In this document: piece after piece, positions 20,252 to 30,306 of the stretch
Layout: the number at the start of each line of letters is the position of its first letter
Position numbering within the stretch: the stretch's first letter is position 1
Assembly (NCBI GenBank): GCA_008080735.1
Contig: SHMW01000028.1
Coordinates: 1 to 43,840, forward strand
Reading direction: 5' to 3'
Origin: Promethearchaeota archaeon
GTDB taxonomy: Archaea; Asgardarchaeota; Lokiarchaeia; Sigyniarchaeales; SOKP01
Length of the DNA: 43,840 bases
Program-made: the position numbers and the translations under genes
The notes under the pieces: generated by a model
Seen by the model: only the letters and a program-made list of their open reading frames with translations
Database searches by the model: none
Told to the model about the DNA's origin: nothing

Positions 20252-20827
20252 TTATGCTTTAAGCTTTTTCAAGACATATGCGACATTTTCACCGAGAGTC
20301 TTAAAAGTTTGAATGCCCTCTTCATCCTCTTTCACATCACCGGGCGCTTGTCCATACCCAAGATTCCAATAACTCGAACCCACCACTATCATCTGCGCAA
20401 TCAAGAAGAAATAATTCATACTTTCAAAGACATGGGTGCCTCCTCCTCGCCGGACCGCGACCACTGCGGCGCCCACTTTCCTTTTTAACAGATCTCCGCT
20501 TACTCTGCATACATATCCCGCTCGTTCTATTAGTGCTTTCATATTCGCTGAAACGTCAGCAAAATATGTAGGACTTCCTAAAATGATGCCATCTGCATCA
20601 ATCATTTTTTCGATATATTCGTTCATCCCATCATCGGGAAGGACGCATTTTCCATCTTTCTTTTCTATGCAAACTCCACACGCAGTACATCCTTGTAAGT
20701 TTGTCCCACCTAACCAGATATATTCACATTGGATATCTTGCTTTTCTAACTCTTCTTGTACCACTTGGAGAGCATGATATGTATTTCCATTTTTTCTAGA
20801 GCTGCCGTTGAATAATACAACTTTCAA
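20252..20827 (-). CDS. Iron-sulfur flavoprotein / NADPH-dependent FMN reductase (flavodoxin-like)
   Basis: GSSRKNGNT FMN loop, CTACGVC....C cluster motif, GIILGSPTYF, RRGG. Confidence 0.92.
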   Translation of the reverse strand: MKVVLFNGSSRKNGNTYHALQVVQEELEKQDIQCEYIWLGGTNLQGCTACGVCIEKKDGKCVLPDDGMNEYIEKMIDADGIILGSPTYFADVSANMKALIERAGYVCRVSGDLLKRKVGAAVVAVRRGGGTHVFESMNYFFLIAQMIVVGSSYWNLGYGQAPGDVKEDEEGIQTFKTLGENVAYVLKKLKA

Positions 20828-20926
20828 TTCTTATTCACCTTATTTTGTAAATTATTACTTATTAGAGAAAAAAATTTATCGTTCATAATTTTACTTATAC
20901 TAAGGTACAGACAGAAACTAAAATTT

Positions 20927-22189
20927 ATGAAATCAAATTCAATAGATACCCCCGAGCTATTAGCCCCGGTTCAAGATTGGAAGACATTAAAGTTCATCGA
21001 AACTATTCCCGATTCAATATATTTTGGTCTCGAAAACTTTAATATGAGAAGGAATGCGCAGAATTTTAAAGAGAACGATTTGGGCAAAATTGTTGAATAT
21101 TGTCACTCACAGGAACCCCCCTCGAAAGCCTATTTATGTACAAATATCCTTATATATAATTCTGAGTTAGAAGAATTGAAGCGCGTAATTAGAAAGGCGA
21201 AAGAAGCAGAGATTGATGCGATTATAGCTCATGATATAGCTGCTATTGAATATGCGAGGGAATTTGATATCAATTTTCATATATCTACTCAAGCTAATAT
21301 CTCTAATATCATGTCAGCCCAATATTATGAAAATTTGGGAGCGGAACGATTAATTTTAGCTAGAGAACTTTCCCTTGACCAAATAAAAGAAATAAAGCAA
21401 AGTCTTAAAACTTGCCAAATAGAATGTTTTGTTCATGGATCAATGTGTACCTCAATTAGCGGGAGGTGTTATTTTTCAGCCATAGTGGAGGATTCCTCAG
21501 AATATTCTGCGAATAGAGGAAAATGTATGCAACCGTGTCGACGAGAATGGACGGTTAAAGATGATCAAAATAATGAGTTCATTTATAATGGAGAAATGTT
21601 TTTGAATGCGAAAGATTTGTGCATGATCGAACATATTCCCGAATTAATTGAAGCCAATATTGATGCCTTCAAGATAGAAGGAAGGATGAAAGATCCATTG
21701 TATGTAAAAACCGTATGCCAATGTTATAGAGAGGCCATAGATAGCTATTATACCAATACGTTTACCCAGAACAAGATAGATGGGTGGCTAAAGAGGCTCT
21801 CTAAAGTATACAACCGAAGCTTTCATACGGGATTTTATTTTCAGACTCCCACTCCAGAAGAAATCCAATTAGAAACAAGAGGCAATACTTCAAAATGGAA
21901 AAGGGCATATATTGGAAAAATTCTCTCCTATAATTCTAACACAAAAACCGCAAATATACTTATTGAAAATCAAAACCTCTCTATAGAAGAGGGAGAGAGA
22001 ATTTTCATTGAAAATGAACAAATATTACTCGAGGATGTCTTAAAAAAAATATTCATCAGCGGCGAGAAAGTTAAGTCAATACAATTAGGAAAAAGCTCAT
22101 CATCAATCCAAATTAATGCATCTCTCCAATCCAAACCACAATCTGGAGATAGAATCTTTAAAATCACCAGAACACCAAAGATCTTATAA
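20927..22189 (+). CDS. U32 peptidase family protein (TrhP/RlhA-like Fe-S hydroxylation factor)
   Basis: PELLAP, HISTQAN, RLILARELS, FVHGSMC...SGRC, NRGKCMQPCR, FKIEGRMK. Confidence 0.93.
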   Translation: MKSNSIDTPELLAPVQDWKTLKFIETIPDSIYFGLENFNMRRNAQNFKENDLGKIVEYCHSQEPPSKAYLCTNILIYNSELEELKRVIRKAKEAEIDAIIAHDIAAIEYAREFDINFHISTQANISNIMSAQYYENLGAERLILARELSLDQIKEIKQSLKTCQIECFVHGSMCTSISGRCYFSAIVEDSSEYSANRGKCMQPCRREWTVKDDQNNEFIYNGEMFLNAKDLCMIEHIPELIEANIDAFKIEGRMKDPLYVKTVCQCYREAIDSYYTNTFTQNKIDGWLKRLSKVYNRSFHTGFYFQTPTPEEIQLETRGNTSKWKRAYIGKILSYNSNTKTANILIENQNLSIEEGERIFIENEQILLEDVLKKIFISGEKVKSIQLGKSSSSIQINASLQSKPQSGDRIFKITRTPKIL

Positions 22190-22338
22190 TCAAAAACACA
22201 ACCACTTCTTCTAAAAATCTTTTCTGCTCGGGTAAAGTTCGCTTTTCTTTTAACCGTGTATATATTTTATTAAACCATTTTTGAAAAAAGATTATTTATT
22301 ATCATAAATATCATAAATAAATACAACGGAGAGAAAAA

Positions 22339-23010
22339 ATGAACTTCGAAGAAAAAAGAAAGGAATTAGTTGAGAGTTTGAAGGACCGGGGGATTTTAAC
22401 GCAGCAAAATGTAATTGATGCCATGCTCAAAGTACCGCGAGAATTATTTATCCCTGAGGATGTCAAATCTTCTGCGTATGTGGATTCTCCATTGTCAATA
22501 GGATCGGGTCAAACAATTAGCGCACCCCATATGAATGCGATGATGTGTGAAATTCTCGAGTTGAAAGAGGGAGAAAAGGTTCTTGAAGTGGGAACAGGTT
22601 CGGGATATCATGCTGCGTTATGTGCCGAAATAATCGCTCCTCCAGATTCTAAATCTCCGGGTCATATATATACAATAGAGCGGCATGAGGATCTAGCAGA
22701 AAATGCACGCGAAAATTTTAAGAAAACGGGTTATGATGAGGTTATCACGGTAATTGTAGGAGATGGGACTTTGGGTTATGATAAAGAAGCTCCTTATGAT
22801 AAAATATTAGTCACCGCAGCCTCGCCCAGCGATATACCTTCACCTCTAAAAGATCAGTTGAAAGAGGGGGGTATTATGTGCATACCCGCGGGCTCCAAGC
22901 GATTCACGCAATATTTATATAAAATCCAAAACATTGACGGAGAAACAAAAAAGAAAAAAATCACAGGTGTGAGATTTGTCCCTCTGATGGGAAAACATGG
23001 ATTTGAGTAG
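22339..23010 (+). CDS. pcm: Protein-L-isoaspartate O-methyltransferase
   Basis: VPRELF, GQTISAPHM, VLEVGTGSGY, APYDKILVTAA, VRFVPL. Confidence 0.96.
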   Translation: MNFEEKRKELVESLKDRGILTQQNVIDAMLKVPRELFIPEDVKSSAYVDSPLSIGSGQTISAPHMNAMMCEILELKEGEKVLEVGTGSGYHAALCAEIIAPPDSKSPGHIYTIERHEDLAENARENFKKTGYDEVITVIVGDGTLGYDKEAPYDKILVTAASPSDIPSPLKDQLKEGGIMCIPAGSKRFTQYLYKIQNIDGETKKKKITGVRFVPLMGKHGFE

Positions 23011-23011
23011 A

Positions 23012-23179
23012 TTAGCTTATTTTAGAAAACTTGTGTTTTTCGCGTCTCTTTTTCATTAGATGCTCACGAACATCTTTAACATACTTGCTCCTGTTTATCT
23101 TTTCTTTTAAATAATCCTCGCATTCTTTCCAACACCCTTCTGTATTACATCTGATTTTACATTTATCTATTTCAACCAT
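23012..23179 (-). CDS. 55-aa Cys-rich microprotein (family member 1; not in ORF track)
   Basis: MVEIDKCKIRCNTEGCWKECEDYLKEKINRSKYVKDVREHLMKKRREKHKFSKIS; SD GGAGGAG at 23193-23187; homologous to the adjacent ORF. Confidence 0.85.
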   Translation of the reverse strand: MVEIDKCKIRCNTEGCWKECEDYLKEKINRSKYVKDVREHLMKKRREKHKFSKIS

Positions 23180-23362
23180 AATTAATCTCCTCCAGATTTA
23201 AATACAACCCTTCTACATAAAATGTATGAAAACTAAGCAATATTAAGGTTTCTCTTATGGTTTAAAATCATTAATTCCATGAGATACATAAATAATAATT
23301 TAATTTATGTTATTTTTTTCATGAGCTAAACCGCTAATATATATTTATAAAATAATCAAATT

Positions 23363-23518
23363 CTAATGATTTAATTTTTCACGCTTTTTTTCCATTAGTT
23401 TGTTTCTTATCTTATTTACAAATTTACTACGATTTATCTTTTCTTTTAGTGAATCTTCACAATCATTCCAACAAGCTTGGATAGAACATACAGTATTACA
23501 TCTAAAGGTCTCAGACAT
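23363..23518 (-). CDS. 51-aa Cys-rich microprotein (family member 2; not in ORF track)
   Basis: MSETFRCNTVCSIQACWNDCEDSLKEKINRSKFVNKIRNKLMEKKREKLNH; SD GAGGAGGT at 23534-23527; 26/51 identities to member 1 without gaps. Confidence 0.85.
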   Translation of the reverse strand: MSETFRCNTVCSIQACWNDCEDSLKEKINRSKFVNKIRNKLMEKKREKLNH

Positions 23519-23662
23519 TTCTGTAGACCTCCTCAAAAATGATTAATTACCTTTCTTATTCATAACACAAAATAAAGATATTATTAGTGTTTTTATTATA
23601 GCCTAAAAACCAATCTAAGTTATTCCAATAAAAATTAAGTTTGTATTCATTTTACTTTTAGA

Positions 23663-23773
23663 GATTAATCATAAAAGAAGTGAAATAGATTAGCAAAATC
23701 TTATTTATTGAACTTCTTATTCATCAATTTTTTCCTAATATTTTTGAGATTTCAGTCTTTTTCTAAAATTCTT
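23663..23773. repeat. Left copy of direct repeat: non-coding remnant of the 3' end of microprotein member 3 and its downstream flank
   Basis: 23692-23750 identical to 32247-32305 (59 bp, offset 8555) with imperfect flanks; minus frame reads *VRILEKD*NLKNIRKKLMNKKFNK*. Confidence 0.92.
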
Positions 23774-23866
23774 ACCTATCCATATCATTAACACTCGAAG
23801 ATTATATCGATATGGGAAATTATTTCTAATAAGATTAAATTGAAATTATGAATATAAAAAAAAAAA

Positions 23867-24841
23867 TTAAAAATCTTCCAAAAAAATTACTTTTCCCTCA
23901 TTCTCAGCAGATTTAATTGAAGCCAAACATACTTTAACAGCCTCTTTGGCCTCACGTGGAGAAAGCAAAAACTTTTTTTCTCTATTTACTATCACATCAA
24001 AAAAGTGTTCTAATTGATTATAATAGGCATTAGCTGATTTATACACATCTTCCATCTGGAGATCTTCCTTATTATATATTGTTTCTTCGTCAAATTCAAT
24101 ATACCCATCAGATCCAATTATTTTTGTCTTCATTAATAATTCGTAATCTTCTGGTTGCGCCCAACTTGCCTCGCATTCTGCATTAGCATTTTGATAATTT
24201 AAATTTGTTATAGATTCACCAAATAAATCCATACCGTATTTATTAATTTTACTCGCTTTACAAGAAACAGATATGGGAGTTCCTAAAATCCATAAAATAT
24301 AGTCAATATCGTGTATTGATAGGTCTAATATAACTCCTCCAGATTTTTTTTGATCTGCGAACCATTTACTCCAGGGAAATGTGCTAAGTCTCTTTGAAGA
24401 AATTGACTGAATTGTACCAATTTCAGAATTATTATTCTCCAAATAATATTTAACATTTGCATATGTCGACCAGAACCTCAAACTGTGTCCAACAAAAAGT
24501 TTAATATTATTTTCCTTCATTGAATCGATGATTTTATCACATTCAATCACATTACGAGCCATTGGTTTTTCTAAAAAAATGTCTATTCCTTTTTCAGCGC
24601 AAGCACAAGATATTTCTTGGTGAGTATGCGTAGGTGTAGTTATCATTGCAATATCCAATTTTTCTTTTTCGAGCATCTTATCATAATCCTTGTAAAAAGA
24701 AATGTTTCTATGACCTCGAACCTTTTTTTCAGTTCGAGAGAACACTGAGGTTACTTTGACATTGGGAAAAATCTTCAAAATTGCCATATGAATTTTAGCA
24801 ATATATCCATATCCAATAACTCCAACTTTTAATTCTTCCAT
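23867..24841 (-). CDS. Gfo/Idh/MocA family oxidoreductase
   Basis: VGVIGYGYIA Rossmann motif, ITTPTHTH, IFLEKPMA, SGGVILDLSIHDID. Confidence 0.94.
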   Translation of the reverse strand: MEELKVGVIGYGYIAKIHMAILKIFPNVKVTSVFSRTEKKVRGHRNISFYKDYDKMLEKEKLDIAMITTPTHTHQEISCACAEKGIDIFLEKPMARNVIECDKIIDSMKENNIKLFVGHSLRFWSTYANVKYYLENNNSEIGTIQSISSKRLSTFPWSKWFADQKKSGGVILDLSIHDIDYILWILGTPISVSCKASKINKYGMDLFGESITNLNYQNANAECEASWAQPEDYELLMKTKIIGSDGYIEFDEETIYNKEDLQMEDVYKSANAYYNQLEHFFDVIVNREKKFLLSPREAKEAVKVCLASIKSAENEGKVIFLEDF

Positions 24842-24875
24842 TTTTTGAATATCCCTCTTTTCTAAAATTTATTAA

Positions 24876-25937
24876 TTAAGCTTTATCGTAAGTCAAAATT
24901 ACTTTTATAACTTCTTCAGGATTATTATCAATTAATTCGTACGCTTCTTGTGCTTTTTGAAACGGTATTTTATGTGTTATAAAATTTTCAATACTGAGCT
25001 TATTTTCCTGAAATAGTTTTATAACAACATTGTGAATACGATCCCTGTCCCAATTTGGATATCCTCTATGAGGACAACCCCAAACTCCCATACTCGAATA
25101 TAATGTAATTCTGTTGTGGTGCCATTCTTCTCCTAATCTTAATCCCTCTGCACTACCTTGATAAAAACCAGCCGCTACAACAGTTCCAGCCATTTTGACA
25201 CTTCTTATTGCATCATGAAGAGCTTTATAGTTTCCAGATGCCTCAATAGCGATATCTGCCCCCTCGTGAGAATCATTGGTTTTAAGTTCCATCCCCACAT
25301 CACAGTCAATTGGGTCATAGGTTTTATTAGCACCTAATTTTTCAGCTAGAGCTCTTCTTTTTGGAATAGGATCGACAGCGTCTATCCAAATAGCTCCATT
25401 TAGCTTGGCAAGTTGTAATATTATTAATCCTAAAGTTCCCAAACCAAAAATAATAATTCGATCTCCCAATTTTATGTGAGCGTCATGAACCGCTTGTAAT
25501 GCTACACCCGCTAATGCTAAAAATATTGCTTGATCGGTATCAAAATTTTCGGGTAAAGGTTCAATTTTTCCGTACATCGTCTCCATATCTTCAAAAAAAG
25601 TATGACTTGTTCGATGTCCTAAAGGTAAATGAACTATGTCGTCTCTTTTAAATTTTTTCACATTTTCTCCTATCTCTACAACTCTACCTACCCATTCATA
25701 GCCTAAGTTCATGGGATATGAGCTAAAGTTCTCACCCTTTAGAAATAATCTATTTTTCAGGTCAAAAATCTTATCATAAAAAGGAGCAGTCCCTTTAAAT
25801 AGATTTAGCTCGGTTCCATGACTTATCCCACTAGCAAGTGCGTTAGCTCTAACTTGGTTTGGTTTTAATCGTCGCTCTCTGCAAGATTTATATTCAATTC
25901 TATTTGGTTCTTTTATTATTATTTCGATCGGTTTCAT
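24876..25937 (-). CDS. MDR-superfamily dehydrogenase of the SxGTE/GY subgroup lacking canonical catalytic Zn ligands
   Basis: SGISHGTEL and LGYEWVG instead of C..D/GHE; GLGTLG NAD motif; ADIAIEASG. Confidence 0.9.
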   Translation of the reverse strand: MKPIEIIIKEPNRIEYKSCRERRLKPNQVRANALASGISHGTELNLFKGTAPFYDKIFDLKNRLFLKGENFSSYPMNLGYEWVGRVVEIGENVKKFKRDDIVHLPLGHRTSHTFFEDMETMYGKIEPLPENFDTDQAIFLALAGVALQAVHDAHIKLGDRIIIFGLGTLGLIILQLAKLNGAIWIDAVDPIPKRRALAEKLGANKTYDPIDCDVGMELKTNDSHEGADIAIEASGNYKALHDAIRSVKMAGTVVAAGFYQGSAEGLRLGEEWHHNRITLYSSMGVWGCPHRGYPNWDRDRIHNVVIKLFQENKLSIENFITHKIPFQKAQEAYELIDNNPEEVIKVILTYDKA

Positions 25938-25979
25938 TTTTAATCAATCAAATTTGTTAAATTTTCAATATTCTAACCA

Positions 25980-27413
25980 TTATATATTTTTCTCAATCAA
26001 GATTTCTTGTATTTTCAATTTTTTTGCTCCATAGATATCGTAGAACAAAAGGAATAGAATTCCCGCAATTAAAAGAAGAATTGCTGGAATGAGTCCAGTA
26101 TGAACTCGAACGCCTGTTACGGCTAATTGTGTTTGTACAGCATTAGGTTCCTGTATATAACCTGTCGCAATATGAACTATTGCAATAATCGCCGCTACAA
26201 TAAGGTAAGAAAATCGGAAAAAGAAATTTGCGATCCCTTGAAGGGTCGCGTCTTGATGTGCTCCTGTGGTGGCCGTTATTTCATCGAATGTGTCGGATAT
26301 GATGGGAAAAAGGATGATTGCTGGAGCGCTGTAGCAAAAGCCGACGAAAAATGCGCAAATGATAAATTGTAAGGGTGTAATTAACCATAAAAATGGTAAC
26401 AAAGCTAAACCCATAAAAATATATCCGTATCCGTATACCCTCCAATTTCCTATTTTCTTGCTAATCTTCAGCCATAGCGGAATTGCGACTAAAAATCCCA
26501 CTATAAAAGCTAACCATCCATACATCAAAAAATCAGTACCTTGCCCCAGTACATCCTCGATAAAATATAATTGGGAAGCGTAAAATAGGTTATATTCAAT
26601 TGCAAACAAGAAATAGGCTATAATGTAGACGATAAAATTCTTTTTACTCAATGCAACCTTCAAAATCTTTATTAACGATAACTTTTTTTCACCGGTCTCC
26701 TCTCGACCAACTAAATAACATTCCTTTACATGATCTGGTTCTCTAATCCCCGGGATAATTATAATGGCATTGATAAATAGAATAACCATAGTTATCCCAG
26801 AAGCAAGAACGAAGGATTCTTTGTTGCCAAATTCAAGAAAATTTGGTAAAATAATTGCATTAACCAAAATTAATCCCATCGTAGAAAATATTAATGCAAA
26901 AACCCCAAATTTTCTTCTAGAATTTTCTGTCTTAAATATCGCAATAGCACCTGCCGTAAGATTGGAATTGAGAATTGTATAGCATGTATCGAAAAGGCAA
27001 ATGGTCACAATCATATATATAAAAACTGGTAATGGATTTGATTTAGCATCAATGTTTGGGGGGAGGAATATAATGAAAAACAAAAAGGCAACAGAAAAGG
27101 CTCCGAAAATTATCCATGGAGTCCTAAAACCGTATTTCCCAATACTTTCTTTAGATCGGGGTTTTTCCGTTAAAAAAGCGATTAATGGATCATTAAATGC
27201 ATTCCAGACAGCAAAAATTCCAAAGGCTAAAGCAACATAAAAAACTGCAAGACCAATTTCAACTTCATAAAAGTAAAACACAGTCACGCCGTATATTGCG
27301 ATAATCATCGAATCGATTAACCAAGCACTAGTATAAGAAAGTATTTTTCCGAGAGAATGATTTGATCTTTCCTCGAGATTTTTTACTTCATTTATCTTAA
27401 CTTTTTCTTCCAT
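25980..27413 (-). CDS. MFS transporter, GPH/MelB-like sugar:cation symporter
   Basis: WNAFNDPLIAFLTEK, YGFRTPWI, PIISDTFDE; ~12 TM. Confidence 0.9.
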   Translation of the reverse strand: MEEKVKINEVKNLEERSNHSLGKILSYTSAWLIDSMIIAIYGVTVFYFYEVEIGLAVFYVALAFGIFAVWNAFNDPLIAFLTEKPRSKESIGKYGFRTPWIIFGAFSVAFLFFIIFLPPNIDAKSNPLPVFIYMIVTICLFDTCYTILNSNLTAGAIAIFKTENSRRKFGVFALIFSTMGLILVNAIILPNFLEFGNKESFVLASGITMVILFINAIIIIPGIREPDHVKECYLVGREETGEKKLSLIKILKVALSKKNFIVYIIAYFLFAIEYNLFYASQLYFIEDVLGQGTDFLMYGWLAFIVGFLVAIPLWLKISKKIGNWRVYGYGYIFMGLALLPFLWLITPLQFIICAFFVGFCYSAPAIILFPIISDTFDEITATTGAHQDATLQGIANFFFRFSYLIVAAIIAIVHIATGYIQEPNAVQTQLAVTGVRVHTGLIPAILLLIAGILFLLFYDIYGAKKLKIQEILIEKNI

Positions 27414-27646
27414 TTTAAAAACAATTCTCTACATATTATTAAGTCTAAAAAATTTAAGGCTTGATTATAACAATTTTTTAGATATAAATATAATAAAATT
27501 GGCATCATATATAAATGTTCGAAAAATAGTACCTTTTTCAAATGTTCGGATAAAAAATTTTACTGTGAAAAAATAAAAATCAAGAGGGATAAAGGATCTC
27601 TGATTCTTTATTCATATATATTAAAATATCTATCGTAAAAATGAAA

Positions 27647-28795
27647 TCAATATCTTCCAAATTCTTGGATTGCTTGAAAGAGAGCAATTATATTTTCTGG
27701 CTTCTGATCCAACAACCAATTTGTTGGTCCCGGAATATATCCTCCATCTTTCCCAAGCATCTTAATTTTATTTTGAATATCATTTCGAACCTCTTCAGGA
27801 GTACCATTTACCAGAAGATTAGTATCGTCGATAGTTCCTAAAAGTGCAATCTCTGGAAATTTTTTACGATATAGCTCTAAGTTGTTAATTGTAGGTTGAA
27901 GAGAATCTATACCATCAATGCCTAATTCCACAAAATCTGGAAAAAGCTCTTCGATAGCACCACAACAATGTAACAGAAATTTAACTCCAGATTCATGTGT
28001 TAATTCTACATATTTTTTCAAAATTGGTTTGAAAAAAGATTGCCAATGCTTTAGGGGTAGCTGAAGACCTCCATTATGACCGATATCACTCCCAATCATT
28101 ACTATCTCGGGTTTAGTTTTTAATAAGAGTTCTAAAGAAGGGCGTTGAAAATTTTCCCATAAGAAATTAATGTGTTTGTGTAAAAATTCAGGATCTTTTC
28201 TGGCAAGTTTCGCAAACATAGCATAACCTATTCCTAACACACATGTTTCAAATGGGCCATTGATTCCTTGTGCCACAACTATATCGTATTTTTTCATTTT
28301 CTTACGATTTTTGGAAAGTATTTTAAAACGCGCTTTATCTGGTCTTAAATCTTTTTGAGTTTCCCAAAATATTCTTATCTTCTCTTTAGTAGTTAAAGAA
28401 GGCGCAATATACCAATAACCCGGAATTCCATCATCGTTCACGATAAATTTAAAGATTTGGCCATTTTCAGTGACTAATGTATCAGATTCTGTGCCTTTTT
28501 TGAGAGGTATTCCATAGAGAACTTCCCAACACAAATCGATTTTAGCGTTTAATCCTCCCTCGTAAATCTCTTTAGGTGAGAATTTTGCCAGTAAATGCTG
28601 CGTGTGAAGAAAACGAGGAACAAGACCATCCTTGGCGAAATGTTCCAAATCTTCTTGAGTGAATGCATATGGAGAACGCATGAAATGATTTAGAAATTCA
28701 AAATCCGCCCCAAGACAAATACTTGGAACCCGATCGGGAACACCTCCTTCTAAAACGATATTTATTCTTTCAAAAGCAGTTAATTCGTCTTCCAT
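27647..28795 (-). CDS. Uroporphyrinogen decarboxylase-like / MtaA-CmuA family (corrinoid methyltransferase-like) protein
   Basis: PDRVP, GPF, SDIG, LLHCCG, GIDSLQP, GTPEEVR, GGYI motifs. Confidence 0.85.
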   Translation of the reverse strand: MEDELTAFERINIVLEGGVPDRVPSICLGADFEFLNHFMRSPYAFTQEDLEHFAKDGLVPRFLHTQHLLAKFSPKEIYEGGLNAKIDLCWEVLYGIPLKKGTESDTLVTENGQIFKFIVNDDGIPGYWYIAPSLTTKEKIRIFWETQKDLRPDKARFKILSKNRKKMKKYDIVVAQGINGPFETCVLGIGYAMFAKLARKDPEFLHKHINFLWENFQRPSLELLLKTKPEIVMIGSDIGHNGGLQLPLKHWQSFFKPILKKYVELTHESGVKFLLHCCGAIEELFPDFVELGIDGIDSLQPTINNLELYRKKFPEIALLGTIDDTNLLVNGTPEEVRNDIQNKIKMLGKDGGYIPGPTNWLLDQKPENIIALFQAIQEFGRY

Positions 28796-28797
28796 TT

Positions 28798-29166
28798 TTA
28801 AAACACGCTCGCTATAGCTCCTAAGTAAATTAAAACTTTATTATCGTTGATTTTTACGGTATTTTGCGATATTCCTTGAAAAATTTTATCAGCTCCTTCT
28901 AAAAGAAGATCTGAGGGAATAGCAAGATAGTAGTCGTAAAGATTTTTTGCTTCTTTTATATCTACTAAATTCATTATTTCATTTTCTATTTTTATGGAAA
29001 AATCTCCTTTATCTATACAAATTAGAAAGGCTGGGGGAGCATCTGTAATTAAAACTAATATTTTTATTTCAGTATCTGAATAATCTTTTTCCAATATCCC
29101 AAGTTCCTTTAAGATATATAATCCAGAATACATTAATGCGGGAAAACCAGTGTATTTTGCAGACAT
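28798..29166 (-). CDS. Hypothetical protein, possibly SCP2 sterol-carrier-like fold
   Basis: Size and alpha/beta pattern (ILVLITD..PAFLICIDKGDFSI...VKIND); fold call is a weak impression. Confidence 0.45.
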   Translation of the reverse strand: MSAKYTGFPALMYSGLYILKELGILEKDYSDTEIKILVLITDAPPAFLICIDKGDFSIKIENEIMNLVDIKEAKNLYDYYLAIPSDLLLEGADKIFQGISQNTVKINDNKVLIYLGAIASVF

Positions 29167-29403
29167 TTTTTTAACTATCTCAATATTAAAATTTTTTTCC
29201 TTCTATATATAAGTTTAACATTTGATATTTATATACTTTATCAAACCTTCGAAAATAGCCTAGATTTTAATTATCAAACGATTAACAAACTTTGAAAGGT
29301 TATTCTACTAACATAAAAGACTTCTAAACTTTTTTTAAAAACTCTGTATAAAAATAAAAAAAAGAGAATTGATTTTATTGAACTGAATTAATTGAATCCC
29401 TTT

Positions 29404-30159
29404 TTAGGATAAAGCAATTTTTCTTACCCACTGAGGTAAAGTAAATCCAATATAGAAAAATATTCCACCAATTATCCTAAATAAATAGACAAATATAATG
29501 AGTATCAGTAAATTTAGCCACCCCGACGTTAAAGTAACTCCGATAACAGCTATACCTGCTAATGCCGTTGTTAAAATGCCAATTAATAATAGCTTTCCTT
29601 TTATTTTATTTTCTACGTTATCCGTTTCGAAACATTGATAAACGAAAATGCTTGCAGTAAAAAGCATAATAACCGAAGAAATAAGGATCAATGATGAAAC
29701 AAGTATTGACCATGTAGTATAAATTCCCCCTTCAGTAGTGGCAACCATATCTGGATCAATGAACCATGCACCTATATAAATCAAAAACATGACGCTTGAT
29801 ATAACTATAGCGCCAATTTTTGTAAATTTAATCAATCTCTCTTTCATGGATATCAAACTTATGACACCAAATAAGAAGAACATCAGCGAAAAAAAGAATG
29901 GACTAAACATTAAATAGATGATAGGATCCGCAAGGGGTGTTCCGATTATTAAAATTTTAAAGAAAGAAATTATCCAGCCAATAGCCGTTACTCCCAATAG
30001 GAGAAAAGTGAAACTAAAATGAATCAGTTCAACCATTTTGTATTTGCGATACTTCCCGAAGAATAATCCGCTTAATATAAGATTTATTATAACGTAAGCA
30101 CATTGCGAAATTATAAATATGTATTCTTCTAACCCTAAGAGGACCATATTTTTTAGCAC
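29404..30159 (-). CDS. Stand-alone ~7-TM membrane protein
   Basis: Seven hydrophobic segments, C-terminal YIGFTLPQWVRK; no soluble domain; start may be the ATG at 30147. Confidence 0.75.
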   Translation of the reverse strand: MLKNMVLLGLEEYIFIISQCAYVIINLILSGLFFGKYRKYKMVELIHFSFTFLLLGVTAIGWIISFFKILIIGTPLADPIIYLMFSPFFFSLMFFLFGVISLISMKERLIKFTKIGAIVISSVMFLIYIGAWFIDPDMVATTEGGIYTTWSILVSSLILISSVIMLFTASIFVYQCFETDNVENKIKGKLLLIGILTTALAGIAVIGVTLTSGWLNLLILIIFVYLFRIIGGIFFYIGFTLPQWVRKIALS

Positions 30160-30306
30160 TTTGTTTATTGAAGACTTAACTAAACTTTTTTATTGTTAAT
30201 TAAATTATCTTTGAAGTGTTATAAATATATTAATATTTTTCATATATTTTCAAATGTTAGATAATATTATATTAAATCATACTTAAAAATTTTAATCCAT
30301 ATATAT

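Noticed and set aside
23012-23518. Microproteins as true small-Tim (Tim8/9/10/13) homologs
   Set aside because: Only 4 residues separate the Cx3C motifs and there is no N-terminal helix; the resemblance (CWxxC) is motif-level only
23701-23773. In-frame TGA in the left repeat copy read as selenocysteine
   Set aside because: A TAG lies a few codons upstream in the same frame, there is no start codon, and the TGA aligns with Glu rather than Cys; this is a decayed remnant
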